Part shown: positions 35,115 through 44,589 of the stretch, one piece after another
How positions within the stretch are numbered: the stretch's first letter is position 1
Layout of the letters: every line of letters begins with the position of its first letter
Origin: a virus
Direction: 5' to 3' (one strand)
DNA length: 64,000 bases
Virus record (IMG/VR): IMGVR_UViG_3300025150_000003
Span: 32,001 to 96,000 of that record
The notes under the pieces: generated by a model
The model's database searches: none
Told to the model about the DNA's origin: nothing
What the model saw: the letters and a program-made list of their open reading frames with translations, nothing else
Made by a program: the position numbers and the translations under genes

Positions 35115-36709
35115 CAGTCTTCACCAAACCAGTCGAGGAGGGACACAGTCTTCGGGGGCTCTTTCTTGACCTGGTGATCAGACACGATCTTCGTGTCGTG
35201 TCCCCGGTACTTCGAGGTGCTCCAGTAACGGATACGGGCATCCGCAATGGCGAGATACTCTGGCTCCCGCTCGATGCCCTCGAAATCATGACCTGTGATC
35301 GAACAAGCGATGCCCGTGGTCCCGGAGCCCAGGAAAGGATCCACCACGGCCCCCAGGTCCTTGGGGACATTGGCCAGCAACCTCTTCATGATTTCAATGG
35401 ACTTCACGGTCGGGTGGAAATTACGGACCTTCTTCGCAGTCCGCCCAGCCCCGGCTCGTGGGTTCTGCACCCCTGCCGAACCCTCTTCCCGTTCCACGGC
35501 CTCGTGCCCAGCCTTGGCCGGCAGCTTCGAGCAACCAGCCTCTCGCTCCTTCCTTCCTGCCTTGGCAACGTAGTGGAAGGAGCCAGGACCTTGGACAAGC
35601 AGGATGGCGTCACGGATCTCGAACCCTGCGTCCTCCAACCGAATGGCTCCGGTGTGACCTGTGGGCTGGGTATCGGGAGCGATGAGGAAGACGTGACCAC
35701 CCGGCGGGAGGACTCGCCAGCACTCGGTGATTTGGGACTCCGTGATGGTGTGACTGCCGCTGGTCACGACCAGGCCACAGACCGAGCCGGTCTCCCAGGT
35801 GGAGATGTCCGTCGTGGCGGAGATGACCACGGCTTGCTTGTCAGGAGTTGAGCCCATCGTGCGGAGATACTCGGTGAGGGTGTCTCCCGATGCCTGCTTG
35901 AAGAACCGGGAGGCACCTCCTGTGTCCCGGTGCCCCTCGGTATTTCCTGCTTTCCACCCAAACAAGCCCCCTTGATGGTCACGGCTTGTCCGAAAACTAT
36001 GAGGACGTTCCCCGCTCTGCTCATCCAGGTCTGCTACAGGGCAGTCAGGCTCACAATCCCACTCGGGGTCGGACTCCACCTGCTTGAAGAACCGGGAGGC
36101 ACCGCCGGTGTCCCCGTAGGAGACCATTGGTGTCCCCTCTGGACGATTCTCCTGACCAAAGGCTGCACTCCCATTGCCATCCTGGTCCCGCGAGGACGCC
36201 CTCTTGACCGCTCCCGTGCCCGAAGTGAGGCTCCCGCTCTGTTCATCCAGGTCAGCCACGGGGCAGCCAGACTCACAATCCCAAGCCGCAACCTGTTCCT
36301 TCCCCGTGGAATCCCCGTGTTGATTGCCAGGATGAGAGACACCGCGTAGCATCCCCGTTACGGATTCACCCTCATAGGCATCAGGTACAGTCTTCGATGA
36401 GGGACTGCCTTTGACGATCTTGGTGCCCGCCTGAACACAACCCGGTTTGTGTTGTAGGATGACGTTTGCAGGCCATCTCCCTGAGACCTCCGGGGGAGTG
36501 TCCCCTGCGCCACCCCGCTTGAAACGCCAGTCCTCAGGATTGGGTCGGGGAGTCGGGTCCGAAGCGTATGCCCCACCACCAAGATTGTCTTTGGTGGAGA
36601 GTCGGGTATCCCCGATGTTCAGGGACCCTGTGCCGTACTTGAGGGCGTTCTGCGCAACGGTGCCCTCAAGGGGCTTCCGGGCCATATGGATAACGATCAT
36701 TCCGGGCAT
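35114..36709 (-). CDS. N6A/N4C DNA methyltransferase, SAM-binding half
   Basis: MARKPLEGTVA.N...GTG.LNI, GRWPAN, SRFF, NFHPTVK, VDPFLGSGTTG, FEGIE. Confidence 0.85.
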   Translation of the reverse strand: MPGMIVIHMARKPLEGTVAQNALKYGTGSLNIGDTRLSTKDNLGGGAYASDPTPRPNPEDWRFKRGGAGDTPPEVSGRWPANVILQHKPGCVQAGTKIVKGSPSSKTVPDAYEGESVTGMLRGVSHPGNQHGDSTGKEQVAAWDCESGCPVADLDEQSGSLTSGTGAVKRASSRDQDGNGSAAFGQENRPEGTPMVSYGDTGGASRFFKQVESDPEWDCEPDCPVADLDEQSGERPHSFRTSRDHQGGLFGWKAGNTEGHRDTGGASRFFKQASGDTLTEYLRTMGSTPDKQAVVISATTDISTWETGSVCGLVVTSGSHTITESQITECWRVLPPGGHVFLIAPDTQPTGHTGAIRLEDAGFEIRDAILLVQGPGSFHYVAKAGRKEREAGCSKLPAKAGHEAVEREEGSAGVQNPRAGAGRTAKKVRNFHPTVKSIEIMKRLLANVPKDLGAVVDPFLGSGTTGIACSITGHDFEGIEREPEYLAIADARIRYWSTSKYRGHDTKIVSDHQVKKEPPKTVSLLDWFGED

Positions 36710-37671
36710 TGCAGCAGATCCAGGATAGAGTTGTTGTCCGGTTGGAGACAGTGGGGAGAAAACCAGAGAGTCTCAAGGGTGAGGTTCTTGGTTCCCTGCC
36801 CCCCTGCATTGGAGTAGCCCGTGTTGGACTGCCGACTCGTCCCTGCCCAGTTCCACTGAGCCCAGCCCTCGGGTAGGACCCGTCCATCGTCATACCCTGC
36901 TACTGCGATGCGTAGGGCGGGGTCATCCCCGTGCTGTACAGCCCAGTCCCATACGGCTGCCGCAATCCCAGCCTCATCGCTCAGACTTGCCCCCGTGGGA
37001 TAGAGCTGGTCTGTCCCACGTCCATAGGGGGGATCAAGGAACAGAGCGTTGATCTTGGCCGTCTTCAGCCCGGCCCCAAGCAACCGAGTCCAGTCCCCGC
37101 ACACAACCCGAACTTCCCGTAGCCGCTCGGAGAGCATCTGGAAATGATCCAGCGTGATCTTGCCCACCCGCTTGTAGGTCAGGTGTGGAACCGTTCGACG
37201 GACACCTGGTCGGACATCCCCTTTTGGGCGAGCCTGGAAGACCCCGTCAATGGATACCCAGGGTCCCTTGCCGATGCACCAACCTCGGCCAATCCACGAA
37301 AGGGAACCCCACACCCACCAACCTGCGATCTTGGCGTCGTACCAGTGAGGGTCCCCCATCAACCTGTTCAAGATGTTCTCACTCTGGCCCACAAGCCAGA
37401 GATGTCGGGCGTGAAGGTCAGCCTCGTTCACAGGCCACTGAGCCCAACGAAGTACCTCCTCCGGCTCCGCAGCCACGGCTCGAAAGAAATTCGAGATGAA
37501 CCCATCGGCATCGTTGATGGTCTCCATCCCTTTGGGACCGTCGGGACGCATCAGCAACACTGCAGCCGAACCGGCGAAAGGCTCCACGTAGTTGGACACG
37601 GAACCAAACCGTCGCCACACCTCAGGGGCCACAGCATCCTTGTTGCCGAACCGAGAGAACGGGGCTTTCAT
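36697..37671 (-). CDS. Dam-like (D12 class) DNA adenine methyltransferase
   Basis: KAPF..FG.K, YVEPFAGSAAV, IND, FLDPPY; ATG overlaps helicase stop. Confidence 0.9.
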   Translation of the reverse strand: MKAPFSRFGNKDAVAPEVWRRFGSVSNYVEPFAGSAAVLLMRPDGPKGMETINDADGFISNFFRAVAAEPEEVLRWAQWPVNEADLHARHLWLVGQSENILNRLMGDPHWYDAKIAGWWVWGSLSWIGRGWCIGKGPWVSIDGVFQARPKGDVRPGVRRTVPHLTYKRVGKITLDHFQMLSERLREVRVVCGDWTRLLGAGLKTAKINALFLDPPYGRGTDQLYPTGASLSDEAGIAAAVWDWAVQHGDDPALRIAVAGYDDGRVLPEGWAQWNWAGTSRQSNTGYSNAGGQGTKNLTLETLWFSPHCLQPDNNSILDLLQCPE

Positions 37672-40562
37672 CAGTCCGTCTCCAGTTCCTCTTTGGCGGC
37701 CTTGTCCACGGCCGCACCAATCTTGGCGTTCTCCTCGGGAGTCAGCGCCACATCGAAACAGCTCAGAAGCCGACGACAAGGCCACTCCACCCGGGCGATG
37801 AAGGGCAGGAACGCTGCCTGGTCACGAGACTTGAGACAGTTGAACTGCACCCTCGACTGAGCTTTCAACTCATCATCGATCCAGGTTGAGGTCACCACGT
37901 CGGCCGAGTTGTGTGACAGCACAGGCCCCGTTTGGTACTCGTGATCCCCGTCCACTTCCAGATCCATCACGGGCTCATCTCGACCCGTATCTACTACAGA
38001 AACGACCCGCATCACCTGGAAGGTCAACAATCGTCGTAAGAACTGGACTTCAGCACCTCCGATGCCCTTCTCCGATGCGTGTTGCACCAGAAGTTCCACG
38101 GCACTCCGAGGCACCAGCCCCGTCTTACGGACCTTTGCAGGCAGGTTATAAAAGCTCCGAGGGAACGCCCCCTGGACAGACCCCGCAGGATGCACTTGGG
38201 TAAAGGCAGACAAGAACGTGTGAGGTACTGGATACACCTGTTTGCGAGACTCCCGCCCGGATACTTGCTGTGCTTGCTTATCCTCTTGGGAGAACCCAAT
38301 GTCTTGATGAAAACGCTGGGCACTTTCACGAGTCCGCACCCGGAGTAACACTTTCGGGTAGGTTTTCCCGGTCCGGCGCAAGAAAGAGCCCCACTTAGAC
38401 AAGTCCGAGTCAATACCCAGGGCTGTCAACAGCAACTGTACTTGGCGCAGGAAGTCTTCACAGGCCCCCTTCATGTTAATGCCCACGACCCCCTGATTGT
38501 TCACCCATCCGTCTGTATCAAACAATCCCTGCAGGTAAGCACACACAATTTCACGGGGGGCCTGCAAGATGCAGGTGGGGACTTCGACAGCCCGTTTACC
38601 CGCCACCGTCTCAAACCACCGCTTCAGAGGCTGGCTCCACTTCACCAGTTCGAAGGATCCTGACCGAGAAGGGTTCTCTTGAAGGGGCAGGGTATGACCG
38701 AAGGTATGCTCAAAACAGGTATGGAGTCGATCCCGAACAGCCGTCTCTTTCCGGTTCCCCGTCCAACCCAGGCCCCGAGGGTGTGTCTTGCCGTCACCAT
38801 CCCAAGCTCCCAGCAAGTAGGCTAGATCACGAGTAACTTTGGCGGGAGTTTTCAAGGGGATTCCTTGCTGCCCACTCGGTTTTTCACCGGACCCAATGAC
38901 AAGGTCAGGGAGTGCCGGGAACCTGCTGGGCCATGCCTCCTCTTCGCCGAAGGTGCTTGCCACATAGTCCTTACCTGGACTCAAGTTGCTGATGGTCTGC
39001 CAACCCAATTGGCCATCTTGCACCACCCGCACTCGATGGGATGCCGTGCAACCTAGCTTGGACCCCCTGTCCGTTGTCACGTCCCAGATGCGGCGGACAC
39101 CATTGTCGAAAACCTGCTTGATTTGCTTCCAACCGGAACCCGACCACACGGTTTCTCTATATCGGGAAACCTCGTCAATGCGCACAATTCCCCGGCCAGA
39201 ACGGATGAAAGTGCTTGAAACTGCTACACATCGCTCGGCTTCGTTGGCGTAACTCAGGTGAGTCAAATTGTAGCCAGCAACACCGGTCTTCTCCTTCGTC
39301 TTGAGAGCACTCTTGTACCCCTCACGGGAAATTTGGAACAGACCGACGACCGCCATCCCCTGCCCACGGTTGAATCCCAGAGCGAGCTTCTTGAGGTCAC
39401 GGATGACCTCGTTCAGGTTCTCTGTGGTGCTGCTGCGATGCCGACGGGGCGACATGAGCCCGCAGTGGTCCACGAACACCATTGAGAAGGGGTCTTTGCT
39501 GTAGATGACCTCGGCCATGGACCGGAGGTCGTGCATCGTGAAATCGTCCTTGTCGGGGTCGGCAACCTCGATGTGGATCTTCGCGTAGTCCTGACCGAGG
39601 TAGGGGTGGTTCACCACATCCTCCCCATTGAAATCGGGGATCACATAGTCGAAGTAGAAGGCCTTGGCGTTGACATTCCACTCGTGCAGCTTGCCATCCC
39701 GGATGTCCTGGTAGGGCAGTCCTACGTCTTGCTCGGGGTCCGTCTGGATGCCCAGACGCATTCGGATCTCACGGAACTTCGGGTGCATCGAGTGGATGGC
39801 GTAGAGGATGCGCCGGCACTGACCGTAGGGCATCTCCAGGCTGAAGATCAGCACGTTGTGCTTGTAGATCACGGCCTGGTTGTAGGCCCAGTTGAGCATG
39901 AACGTGCTCTTCATCCCGCCGGTGAACGCAGCATGAATCCAAAGCTCGTGTCGCTTGGCCCCGCCGAGGGCATCATCGCACTGCTGGAGGAAACAGAACT
40001 GCCCAATACCGGCGAGAGGGTCTGCCTCGACCCTCTCGTACTCTTCCTTGACCGCAACACCATCCTTGGTGACTTCACCGGAGAGCCTCCCGCCGATGGT
40101 GGGAGCTACAATGTCGTGAGCCTTCTCCATCACATACCGGGCGGAGTGGATTGGCCCCAGGAGGATCTTCTTCTCCTTGCCATCCGCCACCTCCATCCCA
40201 GTGGAGGTGATGATGGACGCCTCCTTGAGCGTCTCAGCCCATACACGCTGCCGACGGTCGTTGGCCTTGTCTTCCAGGACTCGCTGGAAGTCCCCCTTGG
40301 TCCTTGCCTTCAGCCCCTCCAGCACCCGGAGCTGATCTAGGACCGAGTCCTCCTTGGAGTGCTCGAAGTGTGACCTCAGGGTCGCGAGGTTCGGGATGTG
40401 ACTATGAGCCCGGACGAACTCTTGGATGTAGGCCCAGATGGCGTTGTATTCAGGGACCTCGAAACCAAGGGCGGATCCGTTGAGCATCTGATAGTTGCGG
40501 AGCAACAGCTCGGGATTGTCCCCAGCATCCGCAATGAACACTGAGCGAAGCAGAGACTTCAT
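37671..40562 (-). CDS. dnaB: DnaB-like replicative helicase with intein
   Basis: AAFTGGMKST, FSLEM, FVDH, QISR, EAER|SADVV, LKSRD. Confidence 0.85.
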   Translation of the reverse strand: MKSLLRSVFIADAGDNPELLLRNYQMLNGSALGFEVPEYNAIWAYIQEFVRAHSHIPNLATLRSHFEHSKEDSVLDQLRVLEGLKARTKGDFQRVLEDKANDRRQRVWAETLKEASIITSTGMEVADGKEKKILLGPIHSARYVMEKAHDIVAPTIGGRLSGEVTKDGVAVKEEYERVEADPLAGIGQFCFLQQCDDALGGAKRHELWIHAAFTGGMKSTFMLNWAYNQAVIYKHNVLIFSLEMPYGQCRRILYAIHSMHPKFREIRMRLGIQTDPEQDVGLPYQDIRDGKLHEWNVNAKAFYFDYVIPDFNGEDVVNHPYLGQDYAKIHIEVADPDKDDFTMHDLRSMAEVIYSKDPFSMVFVDHCGLMSPRRHRSSTTENLNEVIRDLKKLALGFNRGQGMAVVGLFQISREGYKSALKTKEKTGVAGYNLTHLSYANEAERCVAVSSTFIRSGRGIVRIDEVSRYRETVWSGSGWKQIKQVFDNGVRRIWDVTTDRGSKLGCTASHRVRVVQDGQLGWQTISNLSPGKDYVASTFGEEEAWPSRFPALPDLVIGSGEKPSGQQGIPLKTPAKVTRDLAYLLGAWDGDGKTHPRGLGWTGNRKETAVRDRLHTCFEHTFGHTLPLQENPSRSGSFELVKWSQPLKRWFETVAGKRAVEVPTCILQAPREIVCAYLQGLFDTDGWVNNQGVVGINMKGACEDFLRQVQLLLTALGIDSDLSKWGSFLRRTGKTYPKVLLRVRTRESAQRFHQDIGFSQEDKQAQQVSGRESRKQVYPVPHTFLSAFTQVHPAGSVQGAFPRSFYNLPAKVRKTGLVPRSAVELLVQHASEKGIGGAEVQFLRRLLTFQVMRVVSVVDTGRDEPVMDLEVDGDHEYQTGPVLSHNSADVVTSTWIDDELKAQSRVQFNCLKSRDQAAFLPFIARVEWPCRRLLSCFDVALTPEENAKIGAAVDKAAKEELETD
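37908..39230 (-). mobile_element. intein (441 aa) with in-frame LAGLIDADG endonuclease
   Basis: CVAVSS..., TASHR, LLGAWDGDG and LQGLFDTDG, ...DLEVDGDHEY...SHN|S. Confidence 0.9.
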
Positions 40563-41806
40563 CGACCACCCTCGTTCTTCCGACCTTTCTTAGCCCACTT
40601 CGCCTGTTTCTGCTTGGCCACCCGCTCTTCCTTTGAGAGCGCTCCCGTCATCCATTTCGGAAGCTCGGCGGCGTTGCCGCCCAGTTCCTCCACGGACGGG
40701 AAGTCCTCAAGTAGATCATCCGGGTTGAAGGTGTCATCTTCGAGCTTGCCCACTCCGTCAGGCACCAGCTTCGGCGTATGAGCCGCAGCCATCAAAGCAT
40801 CCACGCTGAACTCGTCATCATCCTCATCCGGCTCCGGAATCTCCCCCTCGTAGGCTTCCCCATCATCCTCCATGGGCATTGACAAGAAGGTCTTGACCTC
40901 TTCGGGAGGCTGATAGGGAGCCCTGGGAGCCCCCTCTTGAACCATCCCACCCTTACGGCGGGTGTAGGGGGCAGCAGCACCCCCAGAGCCGCTAGTGGGG
41001 CTTGCAGGCGTCACACCGGGCTTCCTGCTGGCTGGGTACTGCTGAGCGGCCGTGGCAGGCTCGTTGCTCACCCTCTCGTCTTCCAGACGAACCCGACGGA
41101 AGCCGTCAAGAATCTCTAGGACCTGTGGGCTGTGACACTTGTGAGAGACGCTGCTCAGGGGAGAGGCATAGGAGTCCACGACCCAGGTGGGTTTCCCCTG
41201 CTGCTCTCGCTCGTTCAATGCCTCCGCAAGCACGTTGGCCATCTCCTTGTTGGCGGCTGCCTTGACCCCCAGCACGATGATGAGCAGATCGAAGGGGACC
41301 ACCAGGTCAACCAGGGTGACAAAGTGCTCTGAGGGTCGGTCCCTCTGTTGACCCTCCCGCTCCAGAAGCACGTCAGAGTCGTACACCGACTTCGCAGTGT
41401 TCAACCACGCGGTCATCAACGTGGCATCAGCGACCACCCGAGCATCCCATTGGGGACCCATACGGAAGGCCACGAACCTGAGGTGCCGGCGAAAATCGAA
41501 AGAGGAGGCCGTGATCCAGAGGCTCTGCTTGGTGCGGCCGAACAAGGGACTAGCGTCCACCGAATCCACGTTGAGAAGGACCTTCCAGACCCGCTTGACG
41601 TTGGCGAGTAGGTCCCGCTTGAAGACACAGGTGCAGTTCTGCGTACCTCCCCCGGGCCACATCACCCCACCACCCACGTCCGCCATGACGGGGATCACTC
41701 CCCTCCCCTTGCAGGTGGGACAGTCCTTGTCCCCGTTGCCTGTGGGGAAATCGAGCAGGGGGTGCTCATAGTGGATGTCCGGCCGCTCTGGCTTCCTGTC
41801 CGTCAT
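40559..41806 (-). CDS. DnaC/helicase-loader-like protein (degenerate), acidic tail
   Basis: CPTCKGRG...CTC Zn motif, DLLII.LG, R...GKPTWV; sits directly upstream of helicase. Confidence 0.5.
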   Translation of the reverse strand: MTDRKPERPDIHYEHPLLDFPTGNGDKDCPTCKGRGVIPVMADVGGGVMWPGGGTQNCTCVFKRDLLANVKRVWKVLLNVDSVDASPLFGRTKQSLWITASSFDFRRHLRFVAFRMGPQWDARVVADATLMTAWLNTAKSVYDSDVLLEREGQQRDRPSEHFVTLVDLVVPFDLLIIVLGVKAAANKEMANVLAEALNEREQQGKPTWVVDSYASPLSSVSHKCHSPQVLEILDGFRRVRLEDERVSNEPATAAQQYPASRKPGVTPASPTSGSGGAAAPYTRRKGGMVQEGAPRAPYQPPEEVKTFLSMPMEDDGEAYEGEIPEPDEDDDEFSVDALMAAAHTPKLVPDGVGKLEDDTFNPDDLLEDFPSVEELGGNAAELPKWMTGALSKEERVAKQKQAKWAKKGRKNEGGR

Positions 41807-43419
41807 ACTTTTGCATCCGCCTGTAGTGCACCGAAGATGTCGTTGATCTCACTGCTCACGTCGATGCGGTCCTTCCCAGTTCCCTTCGCTGTACCCTTCA
41901 GCCGCTCCCCGAGAACCGCCTCGATGAGTTTCATCTTCGACTCAATGACGTCCATGACCCTCTGGTCGATGGTGCCCTTGCCGCTCTTGAGCTTGGCAAC
42001 GAGGTGCAAGGCGAGAACGTTGTCGTGCAGAGACCCAATGCGGATCATGCGGCCGATGATCTGAATGTAGTCCCCCGCTGACCAGGGCGTGTCGTAGAAG
42101 ATGATGGCCTTTGCTGCTTGGAGGTTGATGGCGTCGCCACCGGCCATCGTGATGCAGATCACTTTGCAGGGGTCATCGACATTCTGGAACCGGTCCTGGG
42201 CCTTCTGCCGTTGGTCTCCAGACTCATCACCTGTGACCCGAACGGGGTCAAGCCCGGCCTTCTTCAGGGCTGGCATCAGGAGGTTGACCATCTTCTTGAA
42301 CCGAGAGAAGACGATAACCTTCTCCCCCGCGAGGTCCCCTTCGGTCAGTAGCTCGATTAGGGCGGTGAGCTTCTCCGAAGAACCTTCACAGCCGATCAGG
42401 TCAGGATGGTTGACGATCTGCTGGCAGTAGGAGATCGCCGTGAGCTTGGTGACCTCCTTTTCCTCTTCCCCCTCGGGCCTCTTTTCCCCCACGGTGAGAA
42501 GGCCCGTAAGAGCCTCTGAATACTTGGCCTCCTGCATCGGAGACATCCCAACCTCGAACACCTCTCGGGTCAGGGTTGGCAACTCGTCTGCCACGTCGTG
42601 CTTGGGTCGGCCCAGGTAGTAGGGTGTGATGAAACCACGGAACTCCTCGACCTTCTCAGGATAGTAGCCCACGATGCGAGGGACTTTGCGACCCTTGCCG
42701 ATGGCCATCATCTCGACGATGCAGTAGTAGCGCATGAAGCTATCGGCAGATCCGAACAAGCCCGGTACGACCACCTGATAGATGCCGTGCCCTTCCATCA
42801 GGTGATTCTTGATGAGCGTGGCGGTCAGAGCCCAGGTCCGATCAGCCATCGTGCTGAGGTGCCGGACCACCTGATGAACCTGGGTCTTCGGATTCTTGAA
42901 CGCGGTGGCCTCGTCCGTCACGAGAATGAAGCCCTCGTCGTTCTGGAGCTTGCGGATGTCGTTCACCACAGCTCGATAGCCCATCACCATCACGGACGGC
43001 TTGTCGCTCTTGCGCCAGGCAGCATAGGCGTCTTCTCGCTGTTGACGACTGCCATTGGCGACGATGACCCGGACACCACGGGTGAACTTGCCAAATTCCT
43101 TAGCCCACTGTGGGGTTGCGGACTTCGTCGTCAGGACCAGCACCTTCCGAGAAGGTTCCTTCTCCCAGATGTAGCACAGAGCTGCGATCGTCTGGAGGGT
43201 CTTCCCGAGGCCAGTATCATCCCCGAGAAGAAACCGCTTCATGAAGATCAAGTGCAGGATGCCTTGCACCTGGTAGTAGCGGATGTTCAACTCACGTTCG
43301 AAACCTGTGAAGTCGGTGAACGTTTTCTTGAGGTGCGGAGTTGCCTTGAGCTTCAGATCGGTCCGCTCACGGATCGTCTGTAGCTTGGCGGCAACCCGCT
43401 GGATACGGTCGTCGGTCAT
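41803..43419 (-). CDS. SNF2-family helicase
   Basis: DDTGLGKT, TDEA, LTAT, KVIVFS, AINLQ, Q.IGR..RIG. Confidence 0.9.
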   Translation of the reverse strand: MTDDRIQRVAAKLQTIRERTDLKLKATPHLKKTFTDFTGFERELNIRYYQVQGILHLIFMKRFLLGDDTGLGKTLQTIAALCYIWEKEPSRKVLVLTTKSATPQWAKEFGKFTRGVRVIVANGSRQQREDAYAAWRKSDKPSVMVMGYRAVVNDIRKLQNDEGFILVTDEATAFKNPKTQVHQVVRHLSTMADRTWALTATLIKNHLMEGHGIYQVVVPGLFGSADSFMRYYCIVEMMAIGKGRKVPRIVGYYPEKVEEFRGFITPYYLGRPKHDVADELPTLTREVFEVGMSPMQEAKYSEALTGLLTVGEKRPEGEEEKEVTKLTAISYCQQIVNHPDLIGCEGSSEKLTALIELLTEGDLAGEKVIVFSRFKKMVNLLMPALKKAGLDPVRVTGDESGDQRQKAQDRFQNVDDPCKVICITMAGGDAINLQAAKAIIFYDTPWSAGDYIQIIGRMIRIGSLHDNVLALHLVAKLKSGKGTIDQRVMDVIESKMKLIEAVLGERLKGTAKGTGKDRIDVSSEINDIFGALQADAKV

Positions 43420-43491
43420 AGGTTCTCCGTCGCGTCGGCGTGTTGCCACCCCCTCTATACGCGATCGGCTTCCCCAATGAACCTACCTTGC

Positions 43492-44064
43492 TCAGAGCGG
43501 TAGCAACCGTACCACTCGCCGGAGCAATTCACCGTCTCGGAACATGCTCGACTGGAGGCTGAGCACCTGACGGAAACTCTTCCGCAAGAACTCGAACTCG
43601 TCACCTTTCTTGACCTGACCGTTGGTCAGCTTGGGGACCAACTTCTCCTGGCTCTTCAAGGCCGCCTTGTATGAGGTCAGGAGAGCCGGATACATCGATC
43701 GGAGTGACCAAGTGGCCATGTGGAGGGCAAGGGAGTCCGTAGCGGAGTCCGTGGCAGGGTCGTCAGCCACCTGGAGGGCGCCCCGATAGGCCGGCATCGT
43801 CCCGGTGCGTTCCATGATGAACACCATCAGGTCGAGCGCTGCAAACTCCTTTTGACCCATCCGTGGTAGACCAGCCTTTGTGGCCAACGCCCAGAAGACG
43901 TAGGGCAGCATATTGGGTCCCACACCCAGCCGATTGGCCTCTGTCACGATCTCCCGCACAGCCGCCTTACCCACCTCGGCCAGGTGGGCGTCCAGGCTCT
44001 TCCCAACACCCAACATCAGGATGTCTTCGGAACGGTTAGCCAAGCGGACCATCATCTGTTGCAT
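43492..44064 (-). CDS. hypothetical protein
   Basis: Follows motif B and GGAGG. Confidence 0.65.
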   Translation of the reverse strand: MQQMMVRLANRSEDILMLGVGKSLDAHLAEVGKAAVREIVTEANRLGVGPNMLPYVFWALATKAGLPRMGQKEFAALDLMVFIMERTGTMPAYRGALQVADDPATDSATDSLALHMATWSLRSMYPALLTSYKAALKSQEKLVPKLTNGQVKKGDEFEFLRKSFRQVLSLQSSMFRDGELLRRVVRLLPL

Positions 44065-44072
44065 CGGGGCCT

Positions 44073-44093
44073 CCACCTATCCAGCCCCATAGG
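44073..44093 (-). promoter_or_regulatory. motif B variant (CCTAT-N11-GGTGG)
   Basis: Same spacing as other copies. Confidence 0.45.
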
Positions 44094-44097
44094 CACC

Positions 44098-44589
44098 CTA
44101 CCGTGACTTATACCGGGAGTCCAAGAAGTCGAGGAAACCCGGAGGGGGTTGCTTCTTCTGCCTCCGGACCTTGGGCTGGACCTCGGGAATGAGGATAACT
44201 TCAGGCTCGGGGATAGGTTCAGGCTCGGGGATGGGTTCTGGCTCGGGAGTGGGAGTCAGTTTGGGGGCCATCTCGGGCGTGGGGACTGCCAAAGCCTCCT
44301 CAGTATCCTCGAACTCGATTTCTGGCTCGACCTGTGGCTCCTCGTGCCGGGTGACGGAATAGAACGCTGCGTACAACACCTTGTGGGAGCCATCGAGCAA
44401 CCCGTACTTGCTCTTGAGGGGTCGGGTGACGACGTGATCCTTGTGCACCGATGCCACGAAGCGGCCGTGGATGGGGCCATCCAGGTTGAACTCCAACCAG
44501 TCCCCGGGCTGGACGGACTGAGCTATCCCCACACGAGGACGTCCCTTGCCATGGGACTTGGCCCGGAAAATGGTCTGTTTCGTGTCCAT
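44098..44589 (-). CDS. hypothetical protein with PE repeats
   Basis: ATG overlaps upstream stop; PEPEPI repeats. Confidence 0.6.
   Translation of the reverse strand: MDTKQTIFRAKSHGKGRPRVGIAQSVQPGDWLEFNLDGPIHGRFVASVHKDHVVTRPLKSKYGLLDGSHKVLYAAFYSVTRHEEPQVEPEIEFEDTEEALAVPTPEMAPKLTPTPEPEPIPEPEPIPEPEVILIPEVQPKVRRQKKQPPPGFLDFLDSRYKSR

Noticed and set aside
33516-37671. Restriction-modification system
   Set aside because: Methyltransferases present but no cognate restriction endonuclease recognised; the nested HNH is better explained as intein homing
37908-39230. Alternative-frame genes within the DnaB intein
   Set aside because: Only short motif-less ORFs; the LAGLIDADG domain is in frame, so this is a conventional intein
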